From an uncultured virus (IMG/VR IMGVR_UViG_3300037483_000643) (lineage: Duplodnaviria > Heunggongvirae > Uroviricota > Caudoviricetes), in IMG/VR virus record IMGVR_UViG_3300037483_000643: a stretch of DNA of 64,000 nucleotides. One strand, given 5' to 3'. Below are positions 29,536 through 39,450 of this stretch, piece by piece; position 1 is the first letter of the stretch; each line of letters begins with the position of its first letter. The notes beneath the pieces were generated by a model. That model searched no databases and was not told the DNA's origin. It saw only the letters and a program-made list of their open reading frames with translations. A program made the translations under genes and the position numbers.

Positions 29536-29898
29536 TTACTTGATCTTCTTCATCAGCGCGATCACGGCGCGTTTGACGGCGCGCGTTGGCGACGGGCCTT
29601 GCGCAACGCTACATCGTGAGGCGTCGAGGCCAACAGTGCGCTTGTATGCGATCTTGGAAGGCCCGCTGCCGCGATACGTTGCAAGCTTGCCAGCGTGCGA
29701 GAGCATACATGCCTTTGCCTTGTATGCGCCGCCCGATTCGTAGGTCCGTGCGATTTCGAGATGGATTGACGCCTTCTTCTTTGCACCCAAGAAGTGCGAC
29801 GTTTCCCATGACGGCGAAGTGGTCACACGGAACAGATGCCGCCGAGCCTTCTTAGCACTGCGCTTCACTTCACCGAGACCGCGCTTTCTAGTTGCCAT
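29536..29898 (-). CDS. basic paralog family A member
   Basis: YKAKAC...CSVAQGPSPTRAVKRAV. Confidence 0.65.
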   Translation of the reverse strand: MATRKRGLGEVKRSAKKARRHLFRVTTSPSWETSHFLGAKKKASIHLEIARTYESGGAYKAKACMLSHAGKLATYRGSGPSKIAYKRTVGLDASRCSVAQGPSPTRAVKRAVIALMKKIK

Positions 29899-29899
29899 A

Positions 29900-30223
29900 T
29901 TACGGCCGCCCTTTAGGTAATGGACACGCAACCCGCCGACCCCAGTTACGCAACGCAACAACTGCACGCGTTGTACAGCCGTGCTTGCGCACGACACCTG
30001 CCATACGCGCGTTGAACGAGATCACACGCCGCGCTAGTGCGCAGTCGGCTTTCGTCCAAGTGCTGTCGCGCTTTTCGAGCAACTTGGCGAGATGTGGCAG
30101 ACGTCGGCGCGTTGCGGCGAACGATGCCAGACGACTACGTGGATCTTGTGCCCAAGCACGGATCTCCGCAGGCGTCATGTTGACGCTCTTACGAAACTTC
30201 GCGATCGGACACGCCTTGGTCAC
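29900..30223 (-). CDS. DUF3140-like protein
   Basis: F.KSVNMTPAEIRAW ... ALRNWG. Confidence 0.55.
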   Translation of the reverse strand: MTKACPIAKFRKSVNMTPAEIRAWAQDPRSRLASFAATRRRLPHLAKLLEKRDSTWTKADCALARRVISFNARMAGVVRKHGCTTRAVVALRNWGRRVACPLPKGRP

Positions 30224-30225
30224 GC

Positions 30226-30627
30226 CTACCTCTTCCGCTTCTTCAACGATCCAGCAGACACACGATCGATGCACGTGTGCAGCGCACGATCGAACGCACT
30301 ATGCCCACGCTTTGCGTGTTTCGCGGCTTGTGGGAAGCACGCCTTGAACGCATCAGCCCGAAGTCCGCCCAAGTGTTGCTTGCGCTTCTTTTCGTATGCC
30401 ACCGACTGTTCTGCAGTCGGAGGAGGTCCAAGCCAATCCATGTTCGCAGACGGTGTTACTGGACCGCGCACGACACTGCCAGAGTGTATGTGCTTGGTGA
30501 TGTCCTTGGCCAGCTCGGGATCAGCACCCCGCACAAGCTCACGAAGTGCTTGAAGTGACATGGACTGAGTAGCAGACTTCGGCCACCCTAGCGCACGTGC
30601 AGCACGATCATGTATCGAGCCTGCCAT
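30226..30627 (-). CDS. basic hypothetical protein
   Basis: Operon position; paired Cys and basic tail. Confidence 0.5.
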   Translation of the reverse strand: MAGSIHDRAARALGWPKSATQSMSLQALRELVRGADPELAKDITKHIHSGSVVRGPVTPSANMDWLGPPPTAEQSVAYEKKRKQHLGGLRADAFKACFPQAAKHAKRGHSAFDRALHTCIDRVSAGSLKKRKR

Positions 30628-30637
30628 TGTGTGATCC

Positions 30638-30988
30638 TTACTTGATCTTCGTGCGAGCTAGCTTGTGAAGTGCCTTGCGCAACGCCACTGTTGGCGACGC
30701 ACCGTATTCGCGCACGCACCGCTTTTCGTACTTGGCAGCTGTTGGGCTGTCGCCACGACGTGAAATGCCCTTGCCGATGCACACGCGTGCGCTGAACTGC
30801 CCATGGCCGGCTCTGACGTGGGGAATGGTAATGTTGCTGCCACGATACGGCCTAGTCAACTGATCCACCTTTAGGCCACGGCCGATGTACGCATGGATTG
30901 TGATGTGCGCCGCTTCGCCACGCGGCGCACCACGTGCGAGCGCCTTGGCGACCTTACGCCTCTTGTGCTTGATCGCGCCGTATGCCAT
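30638..30988 (-). CDS. basic paralog family A member
   Basis: FSARVC...CVREYGASPTVALRKAL. Confidence 0.65.
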   Translation of the reverse strand: MAYGAIKHKRRKVAKALARGAPRGEAAHITIHAYIGRGLKVDQLTRPYRGSNITIPHVRAGHGQFSARVCIGKGISRRGDSPTAAKYEKRCVREYGASPTVALRKALHKLARTKIK

Positions 30989-30998
30989 GTCGCGCCTC

Positions 30999-31271
30999 TT
31001 ACCCGACCTTCGAGCCCATGCACTTGGCGAACGGAGACGCGCCAGCCCCGTGCCGCTTGTGGGACTTCCCCCCGCACTTCTTCGCCATACCCTTGGTGAA
31101 GCGGTACTTGGCGAGGTGGGCCACCTTCCGCTTGATCGGCTTGCACGAACCGCCGGCCGAGGTCATACCGCCAGGCCGGCCCATGAAGCTCACGACCTTG
31201 CCCCGCTTGGTCCTGAAGCTGATCTTCTTCCGCGTGCAGTCGCCGCCCGACGTCTTCTTGCGCTTGGCCAT
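30999..31271 (-). CDS. very basic Lys/Arg-rich core-like protein (family B)
   Basis: MAKRKK..., RFTKGMAKKC...FAKCM; RBS AGGAG. Confidence 0.65.
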   Translation of the reverse strand: MAKRKKTSGGDCTRKKISFRTKRGKVVSFMGRPGGMTSAGGSCKPIKRKVAHLAKYRFTKGMAKKCGGKSHKRHGAGASPFAKCMGSKVG

Positions 31272-31420
31272 CTGTGAAGTCTCCTAGTTTACAGTTTGTG
31301 TTTAGCACGCTGCGTACTACAACTGCGCTGTGTTGCACACCGTTGTAGAAACCAGCGTACGCCAACGCCCCTTCCGGTGCAAGCACCCCACTTCGGCGCC
31401 GTACTGTCAACCTCTTCACG

Positions 31421-32386
31421 CTACCCGATCTGAATCGGGCCGGCGTGGATCCGTGCGCCTGACTTCTTGAGGAGGAAGACAACGGCAGCGGCGGCAGCGC
31501 CGAAGATCAACACCGTCTCGCCGATCGACCATGCGGCAGACTTCACGAGGTTGCCGGCAGTGTCCACCGTGTACAACAGCACATCTTGGATGGACTGCGG
31601 AATTCTGACGATGAAGTCCTTGATCGCGGCGGTGTACGAGTTGTCACCAAGCTGCGCCACGATGGAAGAGGCGTGGCCGACGAACCGACTGCCGCTCTGT
31701 TGGAAGACAACAGATTTCTTCGATCCGTCTTCATACGTCGCGTCAGGATTGCCGGCAAGCTCTTGCGCCAACGAGATCAACGACGCGGCAAGCTGATCCG
31801 TGGCCGTCACCATGTCGGCGGTGTTCTGGTAGGAGGGGCAGAAGCCTGTACCGGCACACAGCCTGTTGAACAGTGACGAGCTGTACGAAGCCCACGCCGC
31901 GTCGATCTGTCCCTGACACTGCGCAATCATGCCGGCGAGATCGATCCATGCAGAGACGCGCGGATCGTCGCCGAAACCTGCGCAGCCGCCAAAGCGACAG
32001 TCGCCGAAAGAGCTAAAGTTGATCTGTCCGCCGCTGTACCATGACGGCGCACTGACGGGCCCGAGTGGCGTCTGCGTTGCGCCACTCCCCGAGCTACCAA
32101 CAGCAGCGCCGCCAGCTGACTGGTACTGGGGCAGAAGCACGCCCGATCCGACAGGATTGGTGCCGAGGTTGGACCAATCGATGTTGAGATTCGATGGCCA
32201 AGTGTCTGTCGGTGCGTATTGGGGCAAGAGCACACCGCCACCAGGCTGCGAAGCTACTGTAGTCGTCGGCGTCCGTAGATCACTCGGGGCGGCGCCCCTA
32301 GCCTTCATCGACTTCCACAGAAGGTAACCGATGCCACCGATCGCACCGATCGCGACGACAGATCCGAGCGCGTTATTGTCAGCCAC
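31421..32386 (-). CDS. membrane-associated virion protein (N- and C-terminal TM)
   Basis: Two hydrophobic termini; internal FGDCRFGGCAGFGD. Confidence 0.6.
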   Translation of the reverse strand: MADNNALGSVVAIGAIGGIGYLLWKSMKARGAAPSDLRTPTTTVASQPGGGVLLPQYAPTDTWPSNLNIDWSNLGTNPVGSGVLLPQYQSAGGAAVGSSGSGATQTPLGPVSAPSWYSGGQINFSSFGDCRFGGCAGFGDDPRVSAWIDLAGMIAQCQGQIDAAWASYSSSLFNRLCAGTGFCPSYQNTADMVTATDQLAASLISLAQELAGNPDATYEDGSKKSVVFQQSGSRFVGHASSIVAQLGDNSYTAAIKDFIVRIPQSIQDVLLYTVDTAGNLVKSAAWSIGETVLIFGAAAAAVVFLLKKSGARIHAGPIQIG

Positions 32387-32394
32387 ATGTCACC

Positions 32395-33465
32395 TCACGG
32401 TCGAAACTCTAGACCACAGTATGTAGTAGCGTTAGGTAACGTTATCCCTGTCCATGTTATGCCGTCACTGGAAACAACGCCACCATTTGCCCCTTGTACT
32501 CGAACAGCAACAAACTGCGTGCCGGTCCACTGCATTCTAGTAGGCGCTGCGCCACTACCGCACACGTTGTTACTGGCGTAGTTACCGACCACCACGGATC
32601 CGCTATTCCAAGTCACAGCGTCGGTTGAGTAAGTAGATGTAGCATTCCCTAGTCCAACACATACGGTGCTGTTGCACGCTAAGGGCCCAACAGAAATTGG
32701 GGCAACGCGTACCGACCACGTAATGCCATCAGGCGAAGTTACAATTTCAGCAGACGACGTACTCATTAGAAACAAACTTAGTGTTGTACTCCACGTAACG
32801 TCACGAAAGATTGTACCAGCGCCGGTAACTGTTCTCGGCGTCCACGTAACACAATCTGGTGATGTGTAAACAACACCAGAACCGACCGTCGCTACAAAGG
32901 TCGTACCGTTCCACGCCAACCCATGGTAAACCTGGCCGCTTGCTGGATCAGGTATTGTCTGTGTTGTCCAAGTAACACAATCTGGGGAAGTTGCGGCATG
33001 TGGAGTAGCGCCGGCAGAAATCGCACAAAAAACCGATCCATTATGCTCTAGCAGTGCCCAAACGTCCGCAACAGGTAACGCATCTGCCGTAACAGTCCAC
33101 GTTGCACCATCTGAAGAATATGCCGCAGTTCGCTGTATTGCGCTTCCGGTTGTTGTGCAGAAGCGCCCTCCACCATGTCTGACAGGCACATAAGCTTGCT
33201 CAACGCCCCCCAGCGTTTGAAGCGCCCAAGATCCGTCACTTCCTGTTATAGATGTGGCGGCGTGCAAGTTCGCTTGCGTTGTGGCTGCTACCAATAGAGG
33301 CGCAGCTAAACTCTGTACTGGCGTGAAAAGCGTACTGGGACTGGATGAAAATACATGTCCAAGTCCGGCAGCCGATATAGGCGCCGCCAGAAGCGCTAAT
33401 ACAACTGCGAAGTTGTGTACCTTGCGCGCCATTACGCCCCGGGGCGTTACGCCATACATTTTCAT
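32395..33465 (-). CDS. secreted Asp-box beta-propeller protein, paralog of 25435-26463
   Basis: Signal peptide, FSSSPS motif, SxDxxTW repeats; AT-richer than flanks. Confidence 0.7.
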   Translation of the reverse strand: MKMYGVTPRGVMARKVHNFAVVLALLAAPISAAGLGHVFSSSPSTLFTPVQSLAAPLLVAATTQANLHAATSITGSDGSWALQTLGGVEQAYVPVRHGGGRFCTTTGSAIQRTAAYSSDGATWTVTADALPVADVWALLEHNGSVFCAISAGATPHAATSPDCVTWTTQTIPDPASGQVYHGLAWNGTTFVATVGSGVVYTSPDCVTWTPRTVTGAGTIFRDVTWSTTLSLFLMSTSSAEIVTSPDGITWSVRVAPISVGPLACNSTVCVGLGNATSTYSTDAVTWNSGSVVVGNYASNNVCGSGAAPTRMQWTGTQFVAVRVQGANGGVVSSDGITWTGITLPNATTYCGLEFRP

Positions 33466-34106
33466 GTTAGATACGCCGCGCCAGTTACACGCGCTTGAAA
33501 ATCTGCAGTCAGATTAGCAAGTGTTCCGTACACACCAGCAGAATAGTTGTTTGTAGTGCCGCGATCGACTGCCGCCATTCCGATGAACTGGTCATTAGAA
33601 CTGATGTTCAGCCAAACAGCTCTTGGACCGTGATTGTACGCTGCCAGCGCAGCTCTGAGTTGATCAGATCCAACGAGACCCTTGCGCGCGAAGTACGCAA
33701 GATTCTCTTTCAACATCTGTACGCCCTTAGTCATGTTCGTGTACGGATCTGACCAGTTACTCGACGCGATCCACGCACGATCAGATGTGATTTGCATGAG
33801 GCCGTGCCCACCGTCGCCGCTGACGATGTAAGGATCCCACCACGGATCTTCACGCTGCACGATCGCGACGATCAGTAGCGGATCGATCGCTTGCTCCTCG
33901 GCAACCTGCAGGATGATGTCACCGTACGGCTGCGCAGCAGAGGGGATCACGAGCTTGAAGATCTCTTTCTTCGCGGCATCTAGCACAACGCCTCCCGCAT
34001 ACACAATTTCTCTGCGATACACCGCCGCAAGCGCAAGTGCAGTAGCGGTTCCGCCACCGACTATCAGCCACGTGCGCGTTGACCAGTTAGGAAGTTTGAG
34101 GGCCAT
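33462..34106 (-). CDS. lytic transglycosylase (SLT) with N-terminal membrane anchor
   Basis: AIVQRED, GHGLMQI, ALAAYNHG. Confidence 0.85.
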   Translation of the reverse strand: MALKLPNWSTRTWLIVGGGTATALALAAVYRREIVYAGGVVLDAAKKEIFKLVIPSAAQPYGDIILQVAEEQAIDPLLIVAIVQREDPWWDPYIVSGDGGHGLMQITSDRAWIASSNWSDPYTNMTKGVQMLKENLAYFARKGLVGSDQLRAALAAYNHGPRAVWLNISSNDQFIGMAAVDRGTTNNYSAGVYGTLANLTADFQARVTGAAYLT

Positions 34107-34127
34107 TCAGTTTCCCTCTACACTGCA

Positions 34128-34694
34128 CTACTGCACTACTGCAACTGGCGGCGACTCCCACGGTAGCCCGTTTTCGTACGGCTTGTGCACAGCTGCGGCT
34201 GCAGCAGAAGGGATGGGCCGCGCCAACTCCTTCTCCATCTCTACATCCAACGCCCGCTCGCGATCGGCAATGATCTTGACTTCCGCGTCGCTGAGTAGGC
34301 CACGTAGCGGTAGGGGATGTGTCTTCATCTTGACGGCTGTAGCCTTCTTGACAGCCTTCTTGCTGCGCGTGTCGCCTAGACATTGACGCGGGGGGCACTT
34401 GTACTTGCCCATGATCAGACCTTGAATTGTGCCTGCTTGCATTCTGATCGTTCTGGCTTCTACTGTCATCTCGTGAAGTTGGCTGGCGACGCCTTCAAAC
34501 GCACGCGCTTGTGTATTCAGCGCGGCAATCATTGCTTCCTTGCGTACAGCAGTGTCGGCGGCAACAGCTTCTCGAACCGCTGTTGGCGCCTTTACTAGCA
34601 GAAGCAGTGCCACAACAGACGGGAATCCGATGTCTCTAACCAACTGCGCAATCCAAAGATGTTGCCTCATGCCGTTGCGCGGTGCGTCTGCCAT
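34128..34694 (-). CDS. single-TM holin-like membrane protein
   Basis: IGFPSVVALLLLV followed by coiled coil; adjacent to SLT. Confidence 0.4.
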   Translation of the reverse strand: MADAPRNGMRQHLWIAQLVRDIGFPSVVALLLLVKAPTAVREAVAADTAVRKEAMIAALNTQARAFEGVASQLHEMTVEARTIRMQAGTIQGLIMGKYKCPPRQCLGDTRSKKAVKKATAVKMKTHPLPLRGLLSDAEVKIIADRERALDVEMEKELARPIPSAAAAAVHKPYENGLPWESPPVAVVQ

Positions 34695-34750
34695 GTTGTG
34701 ACCCTTCGTCTCCCCCGCCTAGTTGTGATGCGCTCACTACTTCTGTTGAC

Positions 34751-35041
34751 TCATGCACCTTTCTTAAGCACGAACCACACGATCGCTGCACCGATTGCCG
34801 CGTCCACCAACTTGCTTCGCACCACGTAACCGACCATGCCTCCGATGATCGCCGGAACGAACGGCGCAACTTCAGGCGGTGCGGCCTGTTCTACTGCCGA
34901 CACGAACTGCAGCCCTGTGTTTGCGTACGGCGCTACAACTGTTTGCACTTCATCACCCCAACTCGTGATCATCTGTGCGGCGCTATCCATGGTGAGCGCA
35001 TCCACAGATGTCGTTGCGTTGGGTGTATCGCCGAAGGTCAT
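34751..35041 (-). CDS. small membrane protein (MTFGD start)
   Basis: Two C-terminal hydrophobic segments, KK tail. Confidence 0.6.
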   Translation of the reverse strand: MTFGDTPNATTSVDALTMDSAAQMITSWGDEVQTVVAPYANTGLQFVSAVEQAAPPEVAPFVPAIIGGMVGYVVRSKLVDAAIGAAIVWFVLKKGA

Positions 35042-35070
35042 TTTCGTCTACCTTCTTTTCTTGCACGCAG

Positions 35071-36246
35071 TTACCTTCTCAGCAGAATGATGGCGGCAAG
35101 CCCGACGAGCGCAGCCGTCTTGAAGTCAATCGTCACGCCGCCGATCGACACGCCCGCCTGCGCAGAAGGTGGCGCCGCACCTTCTGCCGGCCCCATGGAA
35201 CCTCCGCTGGCAGCGGCGATTGCCTCTTCCCACGTCCCGGCATCAGGAACGTTGCCGGCAGTAGGCTGCATCGAGGTGGCCCCAGTTGGCACGTCTGGCG
35301 TCGCCGTCATTGAATCTGACGTCGTAGCTGGGGCAGCACTACCACCTTGCTGCTGATAGACAGGAGTGGAGGGCACCGCAACTTGCAACGCTGCAATCGC
35401 TTGCGGCACTGCAGCAGTAGTGGAGTCGGCAGCCGCTTGCGCAGTCTGCGCGTATGCATTCACCTGGCCAACGTAGTAAGTTACCTGTGTCGGATCAGGA
35501 CTTGCCTTGTTGGCTTCTGCTACAGCTGCGTTAGCGGCCGAAACTGCCTGGTTGGCGGCGTCCACCGCTCTCTGCGCATAGTCGTCAACGGTGTCGCCGA
35601 ACGCACCGAAGTAACCGAAGCCACTACCGAAGTAGCCACGAAGGCCGCGTGCCTGTCGAGCGGTGAGAACAGGCGTCAACGCTGTCTTGGCCCTGTTAGC
35701 GTTAGCAACAGCCTTCTTTGCTGTCTCTACAGCCGCCACTGCCTGCGCACGAATACCAGTCACCGCCTGTGTCCTAGACTGATCTCCAGGCAGCGCCGCC
35801 TGTGCCGCCGCCGCTGCGTCGGTGACGGTCTTGGCTGCCGCCATGATCTGCGCAAACACAACGTCGGCGCGATTGTAAGCATCGACTGCCGCACGGATCA
35901 ACCGCAGCTTGTATTCCGCATTGGGTTCATTGGACGCGCCATTGATCTTGCCAACAGCGGGCGTTATTAATGTCCGAAAATTGCTCATCAACTTCGGCAG
36001 CGCATTCATAGCAGCAATCGCCTGATTCGCCGCATTCACAGTCGCTTGCCCAGCACCTGCCGTCTGTCCAGCAGTCTTGGCCGCCGTAGCTGCCGCTTGC
36101 GCCCTCGTTACGATATCAGTGACGCCATTTGTGCTAGTGTTGATGCTATTGGTGATACTTTTGATCCAGTTAAGCGCCGATTGCGGCGTCAACACGCCCT
36201 TGGGCAGCGTGATCGTACCAAAGTCTGCAAGGTCGGAGAGGAACAT
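35071..36246 (-). CDS. Ala-rich helical virion protein with C-terminal TM
   Basis: Helical repeats, internal FGSGFGYFGAFGD, TM + RR. Confidence 0.6.
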   Translation of the reverse strand: MFLSDLADFGTITLPKGVLTPQSALNWIKSITNSINTSTNGVTDIVTRAQAAATAAKTAGQTAGAGQATVNAANQAIAAMNALPKLMSNFRTLITPAVGKINGASNEPNAEYKLRLIRAAVDAYNRADVVFAQIMAAAKTVTDAAAAAQAALPGDQSRTQAVTGIRAQAVAAVETAKKAVANANRAKTALTPVLTARQARGLRGYFGSGFGYFGAFGDTVDDYAQRAVDAANQAVSAANAAVAEANKASPDPTQVTYYVGQVNAYAQTAQAAADSTTAAVPQAIAALQVAVPSTPVYQQQGGSAAPATTSDSMTATPDVPTGATSMQPTAGNVPDAGTWEEAIAAASGGSMGPAEGAAPPSAQAGVSIGGVTIDFKTAALVGLAAIILLRR

Positions 36247-36263
36247 TGGTCGTATCTCCCTGT

Positions 36264-37544
36264 TTACTTCTTCTTTTTGGAAAGCAGTGCGTAGGCAAGC
36301 AGTACGGCCACACCAAGAATTGCAATCTTGCTTGTTGGGCCCATCGACGCGAGTAGTCCAGGTGGAGCACCATAAGGCATCGTATCCAACGTGGTAGGCA
36401 CCGTCGAAGGCGTACCAGCTGGCGCCGTTGCGCCAGCCGAACCTCCGGCAGCTGCACGCACGACAGCAGTGGTAGCACCGACGGCAGCGGCGGCACCACC
36501 TCCAGTGATGCCGATACCTGCCCCGCCTGCGATGGCCACGCCAGCCGCAACTCCACCTGCAATGACGCCAGAGATACCGGCTTCGATTCCAACCGTCTCT
36601 AGCGGATGTTCAAGCGTCCACTGGAATCCGCTGCCGCCAGTGATCGCGTCGATAGGCAGCACGATCGGCGCCGCTGTCATCGCCGGAATCTTCTGAATGA
36701 TCTGATCGATGCGCAGGAGCGAACCGCCAGTGGCGCCTTGATAGGTTGTGGCAGCAACGGCAGAAGCGCTGAGAAGCATGGTGCCGCCGGTCAAAACTGT
36801 GCCACCAACGACTGCAAGGGCTTCTGCAATGTCACCGACCACATCCCAGAAACCTGTGTTCTTGTGCAGACAGCAACTCCAGATCGGATCTCCCGCGTCG
36901 CTCACACGGGGTTCACGCATAGAAATGACCAAGTTGCCGTCACTCTGCACAGACAAGAACTGGCCACGACCGTTCGTGTTGGACGCCCACAACACGCGAT
37001 TGTCTTTGTTGTAGACAACTAGGTTGCCGTCAGCCTGAAACACGGCATAGTTGCCGATCCCGTGCGTGTTCGCGTGCCACCACAGCTCGCCCGTGCCGGG
37101 GTGTGCCGTACCATAGTTTTCGCCTGCGCGCGTGCCATAGTTGGCGCCGGTATGATCTTCGCCAAGCCAGTAATCCCACTGTCCGGCGTAGACAACGAGA
37201 TTGCCGTCACCTTGCATGATCAGCGTGCCGAAACCCGGCGGCGCTGCCCCTGCAGCACCCGGCATGTTCTTCGCTGGCGAGATTACGTACTCGTTAGCGC
37301 GCAGTACGAAACCACGTGGAATCAGTGTATTGCGAATAACGAATCCGTTGCGCTGATCTTCTCGAATCACAGCGCGCAGACTGCCGCCCACGTAGCGCGC
37401 AACGGTTGCGGCGCTGCCATCGCGCGGGCGGCCCATACCTGCCGCTGCCGGGTGCGGCTGAACGGCCGTGCTTGACCCCGACATATCGTACGGATTGGCA
37501 GCCGGCGTCATTTCGCCAAAATTGCCGAAGTCACCGAAGATCAT
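36264..37544 (-). CDS. bulb-type (GNA) mannose-binding lectin domain membrane protein
   Basis: QGDGNLVVY, QADGNLVVY, QSDGNLVIS; hydrophobic segments, C-terminal TM + KKKK. Confidence 0.8.
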   Translation of the reverse strand: MIFGDFGNFGEMTPAANPYDMSGSSTAVQPHPAAAGMGRPRDGSAATVARYVGGSLRAVIREDQRNGFVIRNTLIPRGFVLRANEYVISPAKNMPGAAGAAPPGFGTLIMQGDGNLVVYAGQWDYWLGEDHTGANYGTRAGENYGTAHPGTGELWWHANTHGIGNYAVFQADGNLVVYNKDNRVLWASNTNGRGQFLSVQSDGNLVISMREPRVSDAGDPIWSCCLHKNTGFWDVVGDIAEALAVVGGTVLTGGTMLLSASAVAATTYQGATGGSLLRIDQIIQKIPAMTAAPIVLPIDAITGGSGFQWTLEHPLETVGIEAGISGVIAGGVAAGVAIAGGAGIGITGGGAAAAVGATTAVVRAAAGGSAGATAPAGTPSTVPTTLDTMPYGAPPGLLASMGPTSKIAILGVAVLLAYALLSKKKK

Positions 37545-37560
37545 GGCAGCATTTCCTCTC

Positions 37561-37995
37561 TTACCGCAGCTCGGAAACGATGGTGGCGGCGGTAGTCACT
37601 TGCGCGGCGGTTGCAGCGATGCACTTGACTACAACAGACGGGCCAGCATCGATGCTCCATGCCGGCTGCGCCGTCGAGCCGAGCGCGTCGATCCGGCGAG
37701 CCTTGGCGACGACGGGCGCAGTGCCGTCGATCGTGCAGTAGATCGGGTTGGGCCCGAGGTTCTGGATCTCGATCGCCTTGCGCTGCGCAAGCGCTGTCGC
37801 CGGTACGGTAGTGCCTCCGGCAGCGTTGGTGACAGCGACTTCCGTCGTCGCGCCGAGACGCCGCCCCGAGATGTTGACATTCCACTCTTGCACGTTGGCG
37901 GAACCTTGCCCCTGATCACAGATGATCGAGGCGAGCGTCGGCGCAGCCACAGCGACAAGGAGCGTTACCAGCACAGTAAGGATGTAGCGTTTCAC
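37561..37995 (-). CDS. secreted small jelly-roll-like spike/vertex protein
   Basis: GTG start overlapping upstream stop; signal peptide; RKAIEIQNLGPNPIY pattern. Confidence 0.55.
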   Translation of the reverse strand: MKRYILTVLVTLLVAVAAPTLASIICDQGQGSANVQEWNVNISGRRLGATTEVAVTNAAGGTTVPATALAQRKAIEIQNLGPNPIYCTIDGTAPVVAKARRIDALGSTAQPAWSIDAGPSVVVKCIAATAAQVTTAATIVSELR

Positions 37996-38267
37996 TTTGT
38001 CACTCCTCGGGGAAAGACGTGGCGATCGAGCGAACGTGTGATGAGCCAAATCAACAGCCCTGATGCCACACCGAGTAGAACACTTTGTGTTCCACTCGGT
38101 GCGGCTGGTTGTGTTGACGACTGCGATGCAGCGGCAGTGACGCCAGCGCCGACAGCCGCTTCCGTCGACTGGCCGTAGTGACCGAGAGATCGCGGCGGTG
38201 CGCAGTCTAGACAGCCGCAATCGCTGCCGAAGCACGGGAACGCTTGTGCGCCTAGCTGTAGAATCAT
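37992..38267 (-). CDS. small membrane protein
   Basis: CGCLDC, C-terminal TM. Confidence 0.5.
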   Translation of the reverse strand: MILQLGAQAFPCFGSDCGCLDCAPPRSLGHYGQSTEAAVGAGVTAAASQSSTQPAAPSGTQSVLLGVASGLLIWLITRSLDRHVFPRGVTK

Positions 38268-38489
38268 CGCCGCTCTCCCTGTATTACTTGACTTTTCCAG
38301 TCTTGGAAACGCACAACACGCGCATTGCAGGGCCGGGGCCAGGCTTGAACCACATGCACGTGCTTGTGTTCATGTCTCCAGCACTCTTGATCGCAGCGCG
38401 TTTGGCTTCTCCAGCTCCGTGATAGAACTTGGTAGTTGCGGTATCCATGCCGCTTTTACCAAACGTCACGTAGAACCGTTTTACTTTCA

Positions 38490-38831
38490 TTACTTCAACT
38501 CGCGCTTCTTGCCGAGGTTGATCAACGCCTTCTTGACAGCTGCCGTTGGCGTGCGCCCGTACGCATCCTCACCGCATGCCTTCCTGCGGTGCACCGCAAG
38601 GCTAGCAGATCCCCGGTTTTCACCGCTCCTACCCGACTTCGCAGTACACGCCCAAGCCCAGTAGCCAGGCCGATCGGAAGTGTTGGAGGGGTTCACGCCG
38701 CGCTGCACGAACACGCGAACATGCACCGACTTGGCACGGCCATTCTGAAACTTGTTGCGGTGCCGAGAGATCTTGCGGGACCGCGACTTGACGCTGATAT
38801 ATCCGTACGACTTGCGACGCCGCTTGGCCAT
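38490..38831 (-). CDS. basic paralog family A member
   Basis: YWAWAC...CGEDAYGRTPTAAVKKAL; RBS AGGAG. Confidence 0.65.
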   Translation of the reverse strand: MAKRRRKSYGYISVKSRSRKISRHRNKFQNGRAKSVHVRVFVQRGVNPSNTSDRPGYWAWACTAKSGRSGENRGSASLAVHRRKACGEDAYGRTPTAAVKKALINLGKKRELK

Positions 38832-39192
38832 GTTCACGTCTCCTAGATTAGAGCAACTTGGACAGCAACCGCAGCGCATGTATTCCGGTGTTGAAGCATT
38901 GTGGGCAAATCTTCGTGTACACAGGTCCGATCCTGATCTCGACTGTCGCTGTGTTCATTCCGCAGACGCATAGTTGACCTAGCAACTGCTGAGACTCAGC
39001 GTCCACGTCGCTTGCCGCTGCAGTTGCACGGACGGCGAGGGCCGTTGAGGGCACCGAGCCGACGCTGCGGCGGCGCGAACGCTTGCGAGAGGGCACGCAT
39101 GAATTTCTGCGCGGGAGTCGGCTTCGGCGGCTGTCCAGGCGGGCCATTTCCGTTTCCGTTGTTGTTGAAGATCATTGACGTTACCTCACCGC

Positions 39193-39450
39193 TCATCGCA
39201 GTATCAGCAGTGCACCGATCGCCCACACCCACCACGGCACTGCATTGTCTAAGGCCACTTGCTGTTGCTGTTGCTGCACGACGTCTTGATTCCAGCTGGA
39301 TGCTGCACCTGGAGTTGCAGAACACGTCGGCGTCGTACCAACATACACTACTTGCTGCCCTGGCGGACATGACAGCGTGCCGGGAATGTATGGTGACACG
39401 CTTGGTGCCACTCCGAAACCGGAGATCATATCAGTCTCTATTGCGGCCAC
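39193..39450 (-). CDS. small C-terminally anchored membrane protein
   Basis: VPWWVWAIGALLILR; SGFGV motif. Confidence 0.55.
   Translation of the reverse strand: MAAIETDMISGFGVAPSVSPYIPGTLSCPPGQQVVYVGTTPTCSATPGAASSWNQDVVQQQQQQVALDNAVPWWVWAIGALLILR

Noticed and set aside
29235..30988. HicAB toxin-antitoxin loci
   Set aside because: Only a HicB-like pattern; no HicA partner or DNA-binding C-domain, and the context is the virion operon
35071..36246. Tape measure protein
   Set aside because: Only 391 aa, has a C-terminal TM anchor, and there are no tail tube or chaperone genes nearby
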